Shown: in pieces, positions 25,601 through 38,447 of the stretch
Position numbering within the stretch: position 1 is the stretch's first letter
Layout: the number at the start of each line of letters is the position of its first letter
Assembly (NCBI GenBank): GCA_051362555.1
Contig: CM120640.1
Location: 38,976,788-39,040,787, forward strand
DNA length: 64,000 bases
Reading direction: 5' to 3'
From: Lingula anatina
Taxonomy: Eukaryota > Animalia > Brachiopoda
Program-made: the position numbers and the translations under genes
Notes under the pieces: generated by a model
Database searches by the model: none
Told to the model about the DNA's origin: nothing
What the model saw: only the letters and a program-made list of their open reading frames with translations

Positions 25601-28600
25601 CAACAAGTTTTCGATATTGACCAACCGTCAGTGTGTCGAATTCCGAGTTTTTAGGCAGGCATTCTTCTACATTTGAAACAATTTAAACAGGGGCAGTGAT
25701 TATATAAATTAGAAAAGGTACAGTGCATCTTTTGACATTAGGACAGGCCTTATGACAAGGAAATAGGATGATATATGGCAGTGACAATGTAATAGACGAA
25801 TTCCTTTGGTCAAAGCTATAAACGTAGGCCCAACCGCCCACCCCCAAATCAATCCGAACCTGTCATACAATACATGTTTTTGCACTGGTTATTTGTCTAC
25901 TTATCTTATCTCTTTTACTGCATGACATTGTTTACTTATTTCATTCTCTCTCTCTCCGTCTCTCTCTCTCTCTCCTGATGTTACAAGACCCCTCTTGGCT
26001 ATGACATATACGTAACATAATCAGACAGTTAATGCGTTCTATGTTTACATGTGGTTTTTTTCTCATACCTGCATGCTATGCTAATTCAATAATCACTAGC
26101 ATCGTCCTATTTGCGGCTTTTCACGGCGTTTTCCAACGTACATAATTTCAGGAATTGTCAAAATGCGATAGCTTTGGAAAACGGACCATTTTGCTAAGTC
26201 AGGCACTTATCAACTTTTTACGTTTTTTGAAAATAGACATGGCAAAATTTTTGTGAAACAAAAAGGTCTTTTATCTGTCCGAGAAAAATGACGCACCGTA
26301 TAGGTGCATTGCAAGGTTTAAAGTCACTTGTGACATTGTGAGCAATCTTTATAATTTCAATTTTCCCGAGAGTATTTATAAAACTTCATCACCGTTGATT
26401 TATGTGAATAGGGCACAGGTGAATGTGGTAGCCGGTGCTATGGAGTGTCCTACATGCTGCGATGGCCTCCACTTTAACGCCTACCTGTCAGTACTTTAAG
26501 TTCATTTTATGGAGTCAAGATTGACAGGAGGTTGCCCTGGTTCATTTGTAATCTCAGCTGTTATTCAGAGTTGGAAGTATTTTATTCCATTTTAACCAGT
26601 TACGACTGAAAATACGTCCTGGTTACTTCCTGTTAATTATCAGATAAAAAGATAGCGTTCCTTCCTTTGAAGTCAAAGGCAGGGTTGTGCTTTTACATCT
26701 CTTTGTAAACGTTTCATTTGCACCTTCAAACTGTTAACGAAAAGAGACGTGCATGTCACCTGTCTAGGCAAATGAGAGTAGAGGCGAGTCCGGGGGTTGG
26801 CTTGTGATTTGTTGGTCTCAACGTTAGTCTGAGCGAGTGCGTCCCATGGCTCAGCTGATACATCTCCAATGTAATTAATGAAAAGGGACAACTCAACTAC
26901 TTGTTTATGTCGGTCTTCTTTGATCTTCCCCAAAAACACTTGTTTACAAGTAATTGATCCGGTAAAGGGTACGTGGGTCCCGTGTTTACCGTCTACCAAA
27001 CAGCTTCACCATCTCTCTCTCTCTCTCTCTCTCTCTCATCCTTCAGTGGCCCTTGATTGACTAACCATTGTCATTTTACTTTTTAATGCTTCAGTCACAA
27101 AGGATCACTAACAAGAGGCCCTAGGTACGACCCAGCGATGGCTAACAGCTAAGCATACTAATGCAATTGTACACTGACTAAACTTATTGACCATGATTTC
27201 ACTTAATACACCCCAAAACACCAATGTATTTTTCGTAGCACGTGGTCAATAAGAAGATATTTTCCATATACATTCTACAAATCAAGATATGGGTTGGGCA
27301 TTAAAACCGCAGCTACTACATCATTTTAATGGAAAACAGACCAGTTGACCACCATTTAGTTATTAATGGACGACATTCCGAATAGCCACCCCAAGGTCTC
27401 TTTTTGTCATACATGGTAGACTTTAAACAATGGTCAGGCATTGGAAGTCGAAAAACATTTTTGTCAGAATGCTCTCAATGTACAGATCAGATACTTTCAA
27501 GTAGGAAACGAGTTCTTGACTTTGTAAGTGAAAATAATAGATGGTAAGGAGCCTGGAGGTCATCAAGTTTATCAAAGTTCTATATAATTGTCACCTCGCG
27601 GTAGGTGACACAGATAAGGGAGACATTATGCGTATTATAAAGTATAGATCATAAAGATTGCAACATGGAATATATTGAAATATTTAATTATAACGTTACT
27701 CGCAGACTTCCTGACAAAGTATTGTTTTTTGTATAATTTGGAGATGTAACTTCCTTTCCATGCGACAACCCACCTCCGCCGTACGTAGCTATTACCCGAG
27801 GCAATCACTGCCGTATAAATACCCCGTGTCGCCGTTTCATTTCTGCTCTTCATACCGCCCCCTGCTGGTGTGACTAATGTGTTTTATGTGCGGCTGCTCA
27901 CCTCATCTGCATCTTATTTAAAACAGAACAGAAGCGTTTAAGTCAGATCTGCTGCGGGGAGCTTTCGAAAAAAGGAAGACAGTGAAATCAAGCAATAATT
28001 TGTTAAATAGAGACACTTTTAGAATGGTTGGTATAAAAGTTTGCACCGTGCTGAGTTTTCTCCTGTTTAACGCGGAATCTATTCTCGCTGGTTCAGATGG
28101 GGGCCTTCCAAGCTGGAACGAGACTAACGAAGTGATTCATGTTGACAATCATAAGGGTAAGAGTTTTTTAGGCTATGCTTCAAAAATCTTTTACTAATTT
28201 TGAAAAAAAAGCCTAACATTGTTGAAATTTGTCAGAAATCGTTCCTGGACCGACATTTTGTTTGATTATGGAGTCGGTTACGGTCACAGTAGGAAAACTT
28301 GAGAGTGCTGAAGGTAATAGATGAATAGGAGAAAAACTGAATACATGTAAAAGCTAGGTATGGTATATATGCCTTCTGGTATTTTATTTTCCGACAAGAA
28401 ATAACTTTTATAGAGAGTCAAGGTAAGAAGACGCCCTTTTGTTGTTTTTCGTATTTCAGGTTGATTCGCAGCGTAGCATCTCTTGGGAATATACTTCATT
28501 GATATTCGTATCATATGCTATAGTTTTATCGTTATAGAAGCAACTCATGTGGGACTTTCTGTTTTTTACAAAGTCATGTTTCTTTGACAAACTGTAAAAT

Positions 28601-31600
28601 TCCAATTGCCTTCAATTTTCCCATTTGAGGAGCTTGACATGCAATACTACACCACTTGCCGTGTCTAGCAGCTGTGTACTGACAAAGCTCTTAACCCATC
28701 GTCAACAGAGCGGGACGATTTTACATTACTGCAATTACGGCATTTCATATGTTAATAAAAAGGACAATCCTTGTATATATATGTGTGTGTTTTTCTCCTT
28801 TTAGGTTGTTTTGTTTGTTTTTTTTTCAGCTCGAGACTTGGCTAAGGAACTACAGCCTTTTTTCACTCACAAAAGTTTTGCAGATTATGTTGACTAAAAA
28901 TAAAGGGAAATGAATACCAGATATATTTTAGCAATTGGGACGTGATTGGCAATTCCCATCTTCTTGTTCGATTAATTAAGCGTGTTTACCTGGGATTTTA
29001 AAAGTGCTTGCAAAATACAATCCAAAATATCCCTGAAAAAACATTGTGTGTTTGTCCTCCGTTAGATGTGAGGAAACCCATTAACTTATAGAACGACTGT
29101 CTACTCGTTACATGATGATTCTTTTATCAAAGTCAATTGGACAGCTTATTTTCGTGCTGGTTAAGCTTAGAGACAAAAACCCATGGTATTCCTTCTTTAT
29201 TTAAAATGATCAGTTGTGATGTCATGTGTAAATTTTGATTTTACAGTTTGTCATCTGACTTGATTAGCGTACTTATATGTGAAATGCTTATCTGCCACGG
29301 CTAAGTTTACACAAAAATATTCATTCTATTTAGTTGTTAACTGTTCTTCTTCGTGGTGCAAAGTTTAAATTGGGTGTATATGGCTCATTGATCCCAAAGA
29401 TTCTTGCGTATCTTAAAAACATTTCAGTTAATGCTTATGTGTCTTATTTCCTTGTAATCTTTATTGGCTTGCTGGTTATGCAGTTAGACCTCGCTTCCCA
29501 CTCCTCTCTCTCTCTCTTTATGTAAAACATGACCATGACATCACTGAAATACTTTTCATTCTGATTTTTTCAGCATGGTCGTATACAGGCAATACAGGTA
29601 AAAAATATATTTATTCATAAATAAAAAAGATTATTCATAAATAAGATTACTTTTTTCACTTACCGTTTTAATTGATTGCAACGCTGTTGCACTGGACATA
29701 ATCGTTTTATTCGTGAATGAAGAACAAGATTAACACAACTTTCCAACTGACAATTGATTACTACGTATGTTATACAAATATGCATTCTGATATCGCAGGA
29801 CCAGCTGCCTGGAAAGACCTGACCGGTTATTCAGAGTGCGGTAATAACGCCCAGTCCCCCGTCAACATAGTGACTGCCGACGTCCAGGTTGATTCTACCC
29901 TTGACGATCTAGTCCTCACCAATTACGACGATTCCTCTACTAAAACTTGGACACTGTCCAACAATGGACACGCTGGTGAGTGGTCGTTTTCTTCTTTATT
30001 GGCATGATGTCATTGTTTTGTCAAAATTGTTTATTATTTTCTTACAAATGTAAACGTAGATATATAAATGAACATAATAAAATATATAACTGATATCAAC
30101 AGTGCTTCATGTGACAGTGATGATCATAAGGCTCTGCCACATCAAGCGATGTGCTTTTTTGATACAATCAGTACCGGTGTGACATTAATGGAACTCTGGG
30201 GTCCTGTATGATAAGTACAGGTGAGGGTTAGCCGGGCTTATATTATGGGACGAATTTCACCTGTACGAAGTAATGGGGACGGGACTACGGTTACTTGTGG
30301 ACTACCATTCCTTTCCCAGTTGTTCTCTATGAGAGATCCTTACATGTGTGGAAATGCTGCATTATGTATACATCAAAAATTAATAGAGGATAAAAATTGA
30401 AATCTAGTGAGCTTGTAGCTGGGAGAGGTCTGTGACTATAAAAGTGGGTTTACAACTTTAAGAGGTTGCTGCACCGGACAGCGATTGCGCACGTGCGAAC
30501 GGAAGGAGATATGTGAATTGAATATGCGCCACCAAACTTAGCATATTTTTCTGACACTGCACATTTCCCGTTTCTTATTTCTTACAGTTAAAGTCGATGT
30601 GGATGATGGCGGTTATCGATTGAACAGCAGCAAGTTCTCACACGCATATAAACTGGTGCAGTTTCACTGGCATTGGGGTAACGTAAGCACCCAGGGTTCG
30701 GAGCACACTATCGATGGTACTGAATACCCACTGGAGGTACGTGTTTAGTTGTCAAGCTAATTTGATATTGCCATAGGACCTTAATAAATTTTAATACAAG
30801 TAGATTTGAAATGAAAACCATTTAAAAAGTTGTGGAGTGAGTCCGAGTAGGGAATTAGGCTCCGTTCACATGAAAAGTCTATTTTCTAAAAATCTATTTT
30901 CTATTCGCGGTATCTTGTGATCACGGCCTGTGCCCTGAATACCCCGAGGCGTAATTACTGGCAGCGCGAGCCAGTTACTTCCAAAGCTGTAATTAATTCT
31001 CGGCTGCGCTCGGAGTGATCACAAGATACCGCGAATAGAAAATAGAGTTTTAGAAAATAGATCTTTCATGTGAACGGAGTCTTATATCGGATTCCGATAT
31101 AATTCCCTGGTCCCAGTGAGCCAATAAGTGCGTGTTTGCGTTCGCGAGTGTACCCCTGCGTGCCTATAGTTCGTGTATGCCCAAACCTGTTTGTGTAGAC
31201 AGTATGAAGGCATAATTTACTCTTCTTTTGGAGTACTCATTTTCAACTTCTCGAATATTATGGACGGAAAATGGTAAATACATGTTTTTTTTTCTATTTT
31301 AGTTGCATTTCGTCCATTACTCAACTGCTTACAATACTATTAACGATGCCATATCCCAATCAAAAGGTCTTGCCGCTCTTGGCGTCATGTTTACAGTAAG
31401 TAAAATACCTTGTCGCTCTTTGTGTTACATTAACACTATATAAAATATAATAAGGCATTACTAATGTATAATACATCTCATGAAAAGTTCACATTAAGAA
31501 AATAACGCTAAATCAATACGTTTTACAACATAACTTTCACTTGCATAAATTTGCATCAATAAATTGTATTTAGTCGGTATTCTTTTCTTATGAAGACTCT

Positions 31601-32545
31601 GTTTTAGTTTCACAATTTTTTCCTCATATTTCATTAAATGTGAATATTGTTTTCTTCATCATCGTATTTATGTTGAAGTAACAGCTACACGCACATCATT
31701 ACATTTAGATTCAGTCCAGCGACAACCAGGCTATGAAACCAATTTTTGATCTGCTTTCAAACGTAAATGCTTCAGGTTGGTATAATATTCTTTAAAACGT
31801 AATTATCACTCTTTAGCATGTTAAAAAACAACCTTGAATCGACGTAACTAAGTGCATAATGTGCATTTGTACATGTACGTAATAAGTAGCAGTTTCTTTC
31901 CACAGCGCACATTAAACTAGTTATACGGACTAAAATTTTTAGTTACATAGGCAAAATAAATGAATAAAATTAATTAATTAACCTCTTTTTTCATATTTAT
32001 AGGTTCTTCGCATACTTTTAACTATACCGGCAGCCTGATGAGCTTCCTGCCAAGCGATAAGTCGTATTACCGGTACATGGGCAGTTTGACGACTCCAGCT
32101 TGCCAAGAGTCCGTTGTGTGGACATTACTTCAAACGCCAGTCGGTATTTCTGAGGCTCAGGTGTGTACAGGATTTATTCTTTATGTTTGTTTGTGAAAAT
32201 ACAAATTTTGATTCCTTCCTTGGTGTGTGTGTGCGTGTGTGTATGAGAGAGAAAGAGAGAGAGAGACGGTGATAGTCTTTTTTTCCTGAGAAGTCAAAAT
32301 ATTTTGAAAAAAAATTCAAATTCACACAACTTATATATTTCTAATTCCAGATGAACCAACTAAGGACTAACCCAATGTTCGAAAACAATGTAGGCTATAT
32401 GGTGAATAATTACCGCCCTCCTCAGCCCCTGAACGGGAGGACAATCTCCAAACCGGGCACCGCAGGCTCCAGTGCAGGTCAAGTCGTCCATTCCGTCGCA
32501 GCTTTTGTCCTCACGATGGTTGCAGCAGCCTTATGGTTTCTTTAA
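15613..32545 (+). CDS. Alpha-carbonic anhydrase CA-1, secreted/GPI-anchored type (isoform a, ~309 aa)
   Basis: Exons 15613-15679 (signal [19 protein letters not shown]), 29574-29597, 29799-29975, 30588-30736, 31303-31395, 31709-31775, 32003-32160, 32351-32545; all GT-AG, 930 nt in frame. Motifs: WSY..GP..W, C..QSPVNI, NNGH (His64 equivalent), QFHWHWG..GSEH..PLE-LHFVH (three Zn His), [24 protein letters not shown]; terminal hydrophobic tail after GSSAG. Confidence 0.88.
19674..19931. mobile_element. MITE family A, palindromic (inverted half-dimer) variant
   Basis: TAA TSD (19671-19673, 19932-19934); one half of family A is present twice in inverted orientation around a short (TTACTATAAG)-type centre. 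Confidence 0.9.
20401..20464. repeat. (CA)n microsatellite
   Basis: Interrupted CA run. Confidence 0.95.
20478..21137 (+). mobile_element. Degenerate 3' end of a non-LTR retrotransposon (RTE-X/CR1-like C-terminal Zn knuckle)
   Basis: Remnant peptides [10 protein letters not shown] and [22 protein letters not shown]; AATAAA at 21116 followed by a (GAT)n tail; interrupted by a fragment of another element at ~20820-20963. Confidence 0.65.
21272..21493. mobile_element. PIF/Harbinger-like MITE (family C)
   Basis: TIR CCCATTCCCATA(G/A)ACACC(T/A)TCGGTCTA; TAA on both sides. Confidence 0.8.
21497..21669 (-). mobile_element. Truncated MITE family B
   Basis: Matches 9839-~10010; starts right after the TAA that ends family C; other end missing. 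Confidence 0.85.
22601..22632. repeat. (TG)n microsatellite
   Basis: Direct observation. Confidence 0.95.
28024..28156 (+). CDS. Alternative leader exon 1b of CA-1 (gives a ~331-aa isoform)
   Basis: [23 protein letters not shown]... is signal-peptide-like; it ends AAGG|GTAAGA in phase 1, compatible with exon 2 at 29574; TATAAATA at 27814. Confidence 0.6.
30849..31109. mobile_element. Tiny palindromic hAT-like insert (~34 bp) containing a family A MITE (30858-31081)
   Basis: Without the MITE (TTA TSD) the insert reads AGGGAATTATATCGGATTCCGATATAATTCCCTG, flanked by GTCCGAGT/GTCCCAGT. The homologous CA-2 intron (~45821) has the empty site. Confidence 0.8.
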
Positions 32546-35500
32546 GTAATTGTATATGTTATATCAAATACTCTAAAATCAGATATCAAACTTACCAAAC
32601 ATACGCAATGGTTGCATGCACAATTTCTATTCCCGACTCCGAAAAATATTACATGCAGTTTTTGTGTGAAAAGAACCTTTGTTGTCTTACTTGCCAAACT
32701 AATTGCTGAGAAAATTGTGCGTTGTGCTATGTTAAAACAAACGTAACAATATAATATTGATATATTCGACTGTCTTTGAATAGGTAACAGTAAAACACGT
32801 AAATTAAAAGGTTTCCAGTAATTTAACATGATAATTAGGGGAATTGTCATCTTTGAATCTCGTTGCTTACTCATTCTCTCAAACACCTAACACCTGAATG
32901 TATTACCGTAAACTATAAATAACAGTATCTATCATTTTCTTGAAAAATGGTGCCCCTTTAATGCTGTTTGGGATTTACTAGAACTTATCAAAGTCTGCAT
33001 GAAGCCCAGTAACGAGGTAGAACCTGAAGAAAGAGAATGTAACGGGAAGTACGTTTCGGGTTACAAAAATGATGAATTTGTTACATTCAGCAAGCACCTT
33101 TGTGGCTGATTTGATTATTGATAAGTTCATATACAGTGGAATATAACATACACGGTTGTGATGAAATATTAACCATCTTGTTAAGCCCCGTCCACACTCG
33201 ACCTATGCTACAGTGACAAATGGCATTCAAACTACCTACATTTTATACGAAACGATTTGCTCAAAACGCCCGGTGATATGCATGAATGTGTGAGAGGTCA
33301 CGACCTTGGTGCTCTGCACAAGGCGTAACCAACTTTTCCAAACTCAACTTAATGAATCTGTTCAATAGTTGTTCAAATCTACCCTATCGTTGTGATTAAT
33401 ATATTAAATACTGCGAAAATTACCAGTAGAAAGAAACTGGGATATGTATTTTTCATTTGTGAGACAACCTTTAGTTATGGAAATTTAGTTTGCCAACGCT
33501 ATTTTATATCCTGCTGTATATCTAGACATTCTAATGTACATTTTAATAGACGTTTTGCAACCAACACAAAACCAATTGCACTACTTTTCTGTCTTTACTA
33601 CTCTTTTATAGACACCTTTCAGCGTTATGTTTCTAATGTTGACATTCAACTGGTAGGTAGTTAAGGTGTGAGCAGCAAAACAAGGGTGAAAATTATATAG
33701 GGAGAGTGATTTTGTGTTTATTTCTTTTGTGTAAAGTACAATCCCGTTTACTTTTAATATGGCTTGCAAAAACAAAAAAAAAAAACTGATCTTTTTTTCT
33801 GTAGCAAGAACCTTATAGGATTTTGAAGTGTTTAGCGTGTGATTACTTTCAGGGAACAAACAAGAAAATTGCTGAAATGCTGGCATTTTTGTTGCATAAA
33901 ATACATTTTTGTACATACGGTGAATATACTGAGGTAAAGTAATTTTTTCAAAAATGTCTACAACATGCACTATTACACGAAGTGAAGATTTGAATGAGTA
34001 ACCAAGACTTCGTTTTGCATTTTAACACGTTTTGCGAGTAATGGAACTTTAACCTGTCGGTGACATTAACAGGTGCGGCTCGTATTCTGTGTTGATTTTT
34101 CTCTCATGTTACAATCGATCCAGCGTATGACATTGATGGATTATATTTACTGCTCTACCGGGTATATATCTTTAAGGGTAAACTGTGCCTTTTATTAATT
34201 AAGAACTTGACAGACCTTGTTCAAAGAGGTTGCATGAAAGTTCTTGAGTTTCACTGCAATGGAACACTTGTGATAATTTTCTCACGTTTGTGTTTTTTAA
34301 TAAATAAAGTACTAACTTAATATTTTTTCTTTGTCTTAATGTTGTTTCGAGTTCTTTTTGTAAATTGCAATAACCATAACAGTTTGAATTGAACTAAGAT
34401 TTTATCTCGTAGTAAAAGAACGGTTCATATCCAATGATGAAATCTGTGAAATTATGCGCACACATTCATATGCATGTATGTCTAAGATAATGCTGTCCAA
34501 CTTCTAACATCAGTTTCTCAAACATTTAATTCAAAGACACTAAACTAAATACTTTAGTATGGCACGTTTGCCACATCCGGCACATAGATTTGGACTCAAT
34601 AGCTTTTGCATCATAGCTGTGACACAAAAATCATGGTCTGCATGTAAAAAGGCAACGAGTCTTCGGAGAACCTTTTAATTGCGTAGTTATGTGACCTTAG
34701 TGGTGTAAGATGTTGCCCCCCTGATGCTTGGAATTGTAATTAACATCTGGGTTTAAATTGCGAGAGTCTGTAAATAGGCCAGGCTATACTAGGCTGTATT
34801 ACAGCCGATTTTGTATTATCAATAGGGCCTTCCAAAGTTTTTTAATGAAAAAGAACCTGAAAACCTTGAAAGAAATATTAAAGGTCGAATACTTCAACCT
34901 GTTAAACAGATGCTAGTAACGTAAACTGTCAACAGCAAGCAACGCACGTCAAACGTAAACGTTAAAACAACCAGCTAATTGGTATTCCTAGGGTTTTTCT
35001 GATAAAGTCAGGCATACAGATTTTCAATTATGTTTTTAAAAGTTCTATTTACCTTCCATTACAACCAAACTGCATTCTTGCTACAGAATGAAGTTTTCCG
35101 TTTTTTTTATGCAAGATCATAGACGAAAAATAATTGGCCGGGGCTTTTTACCAACTCAATCAAATATTCCCTCAACAAGAAATGTCATTTAAATAAAAAA
35201 AAACAGCTCCCGAATGACAATTGCCATGGATGAGAAAATGTTGTTAGTCATCCAGTATAATAAGAATGATAAATATGAATAACTCTGATACTGGAACTTG
35301 GATTTAGCAACTGACCGACGTTTTATTACAGTAGATCAGGTTACCAGTCAATCCAGGCCATTTACCCAGTGAAAGGTCAAAGAAGCTATTGGCGACTTAT
35401 TTACAAACAAATCTGTTTGAATTAGTCGGAGATCTAAATCCCAGCAAGGACCGGCAAAGATTAATGATCACTGACGTATCCATAATTTTGTTAGTGTGTG

Positions 35501-36582
35501 TGTGTGTGTGTGTGTGGAATTGGAGGTGGGAGTGCAAATATGCAACAAAAGGGCATTTACTTTAATGTGTATAGCTCAATGGTGGATAATATTGTCACAC
35601 TTAAGAAGAAAGGGGCATGGGGGTACCTTAGAATCTGAGTAAGGGACACCCGTCCGCTGTGTACATGTATCAAAATGAAAAAAAATCTACATCATCAAAA
35701 TCGGTGAAGCCAGGTGAAGAACAAGAGGAAAATAGAGACGCCAAGTGCAAAACAGGACACAACTACCGGTAAATACGAGACAAGAGAGACACGCGAACAA
35801 ACATGAATTCAGTCTATGTTCGCGTGTCTCGACCGAACTACAGCATTGTACTTTTAAAGTTCCTCCATTTAGGACGAAATGTATGTTTATAAAGACTTAA
35901 AGTGCGTAATTACAGGAAAAATCGCTGGAGTGGGCAATGAAAAATGGACAATTATGGTAACTGGTTAAATTCCATTGAGATGAGCATATATAATCACACG
36001 GCCACTTTTTATCAAACCGCAAGTTTACAGTCTATACATATCACCTACCTACCGGGTATTACTTGGTTAAACAGTAAAAACTCAACTGAAAAGCTAAAAA
36101 GATGGGTTCATTACCTAATGTTGGTCCTATGATTTTGATAATGTGTACACAACAGGTTGAACAATTCAACAGATTGTCTCTCAAAGCGAGGATATTAAGG
36201 TGGAAATGTGGGTTGGAGATTTTCTCTTAAAATAAAGGTCTTAGCTTTTTTATTCCTGTCACATTCATTTAATGTGTCTTTAAAACATCTAATTATGCTT
36301 GAAACACAACTTCATCGTGTGACGTAATATTGGGATTTTGGGGACAAAAACACCATTTTTAGTTGTCTGATTTTCTCAGGCACTTGGACAGCTATAACCA
36401 TGCTTTTAATGGTATTTTATAATACTACAGAAAGAAGGACATTTTTTGCTCTGTTTAATAATTACATGAAAACTTATGTGGCGAAGGGAGTCACCGGGAT
36501 GTTTTGTAATGGAATTTAAAAAATAATTATGCGATAAGGCTGATATATTTGGTCTCCCTCGGGTGTACAGGTAGACAGTTAT

Positions 36583-37413
36583 CAGGCCTTCCCAACTACC
36601 AGACTCGGCACCTACGGGTCTAGTATAAACCGGTTTATCTGACCACACTACCCGTTTTCAAGGTGTGTGTCAGATCGCATAAAAGAGTATCAGCCACCAC
36701 ACCGATTTTACCTGGTGCGCGATGTGATGGCGATGATCCTAGTAATAGATAGACCCCGAGTCAGCGAGGGTTATGTGGCATACACGAGTGCGAAGCACGA
36801 GTGGATGTCACATAACCCTCGCTGACGAGGGATCTATCTTATTTAGACCACGGGTCCATTAGCGGGTTATAACGCATTCATGCAAGACGTGCGGTTATGC
36901 GAGTTACACCACGTCTGAATCTTTTGTTCTTCACTTCCACCGTGGTCTAAAGCGGGGTTGGAAAGTAGTGCATCTCATCTACATTCATGCGCTGCTGCAA
37001 TTTTCCCTGTTTATGCTAAAAATCTGACAATACCGCAATTTTTAACATAAAATTTAGGTTCGAACATAGCCAATGATCTGTCGGGGGTTAAATATTTTCT
37101 GGACGAGATTCAGTGAGTCGTCTGTCGCCATGTTGTCACTCGGAACTACACCAATGTCTCCGCACTCGACAATAGTATGGAGCTTGCGGAATGAGCCGAG
37201 GATTGCCGATTTCCATGTTGTTGTATTCATACGACTCCTACTTGACGAAAACGAGGCGCGATACCCGGATGACAGGTAGGCTTACAAAATTTGTGATGGG
37301 GTATGATACTCTTTTATGCGATCTGACACACACCTTGAAAACGGGTAGTGTGGTCAGATAAACCGGTTTATACTGGACCCGTAGGTGCTGAGTCTGGTAG
37401 TTGGGAAGGCCTG
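36583..37413. mobile_element. DNA transposon derivative with ~105-bp TIRs and 5-bp TSD (hAT5- or Transib-like)
   Basis: TIR CAGGCCTTCCCAACTACCAGACTC...; GTTAT duplicated (36578-36582, 37414-37418); the empty site is visible in the opposite host arm near 38990-39000. Confidence 0.85.
36743..36951 (+). mobile_element. Crypton-like hairpin element
   Basis: 93-bp imperfect palindrome 36747-36839, followed by the 12-bp inverted repeat TTTAGACCACGG (36842) / CCGTGGTCTAAA (36940-36951). Family assignment is from recalled architecture only. Confidence 0.5.
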
Positions 37414-37784
37414 GTTATAGTTCGAATCGATAACGCTATCTCGTCAATCTTGAAAGCGAAGAAAACGAGCAAAAGCCGTTTCAGGGAGGTTAATCGTCCA
37501 AAATAGCAAATAAAATTGTTGACAGCTGTACCTGTTATCGTATTGACGATCGCGAAGATGGGTACTCCATTGCCCGTTGAAAATCTTATTTTTGTATCAA
37601 TCTCACCTCCTGTTGGTAACTTTTTACCAAATCTTTTAACTTGACAACTAATTATTACTTGGCTCTACGTATATGACGATGGTGATAATTTCTGTTTTTT
37701 GGACTTTTTCTGAGCGACATTGACGTAAACATTTGGTCGAATACTCACTGGAATAATATAAAAGATTGCTTTACGTAAATAAGA

Positions 37785-38447
37785 TGGTAGACAATCACAG
37801 CCTGCAATTTTACCTGAAGAAAAATTTAACATACAGATATAGACAATTAATTTGTAAATTTAGAACTTCATCCCATCCTTGAAGAATAGAGAAAGGTAGA
37901 TATAGTAATATCCCTCGTAACCAAAGAATTTGTCAGTATTGTTCAAATGATAATGTTGTGAAATATGAGTATCATTTTATCTTGATCTGTAAATTGTACT
38001 CTGATTTTAGAAGATTTTATATCAAACAGTATTACTGGCGAAGACCATCGACTTTCAAACTAGTACAGCTATTAAATACTCATAATGTTACTGACTTAAA
38101 AAATTTAGCTAGATTCCTGTGTGCTGCCTGCAAGCTTAGAGAGGACACCATAAGCTTTTGAGTCTATCCAACAATATACGTTTATTGGTATATATACATA
38201 CAAATATCTTCTGGTAAATTACTATGTAATACTCGCCTTATATAAAAAAGTCACACTGCTAATTTTTTTTTATTTTTTAGATATATATATATTTATATAA
38301 GTCTGTCCATCCATCACTCTTTAGGTATTCCAATATGTTAACAGTGGTTGTCACCACCACCTACACTTACCACAAATGTTATAGGCCTATGTTTGTTTTC
38401 TTGGTTATATGCCTATGTCAAGTTGATTCGGCAATAAACTAATCTAA
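37785..38447 (+). mobile_element. 5'-truncated LINE (RTE-X/CR1-like 3' end)
   Basis: Perfect 17-bp TSD GCTTTACGTAAATAAGA (37768-37784, 38448-38464); peptide KFRTSSHP*RIEKGRYSNIPRNQRICQYC...EYHFILICKLY; AATAAA plus a short CTAA-type tail. Confidence 0.85.

Noticed and set aside
30200-30285. Possible hammerhead ribozyme around the GTACAGGTGA/TCACCTGTAC stem (also ~45125-45200)
   Set aside because: The core reads CTGTATGA and GAAG/AAAG rather than CTGANGA and GAAA; no convincing stems I/III.
35786-35830. Small palindrome GAGACACGCGAACA...TGTTCGCGTGTCTC
   Set aside because: Single short hairpin without a clear TSD; probably a decayed mini-MITE.
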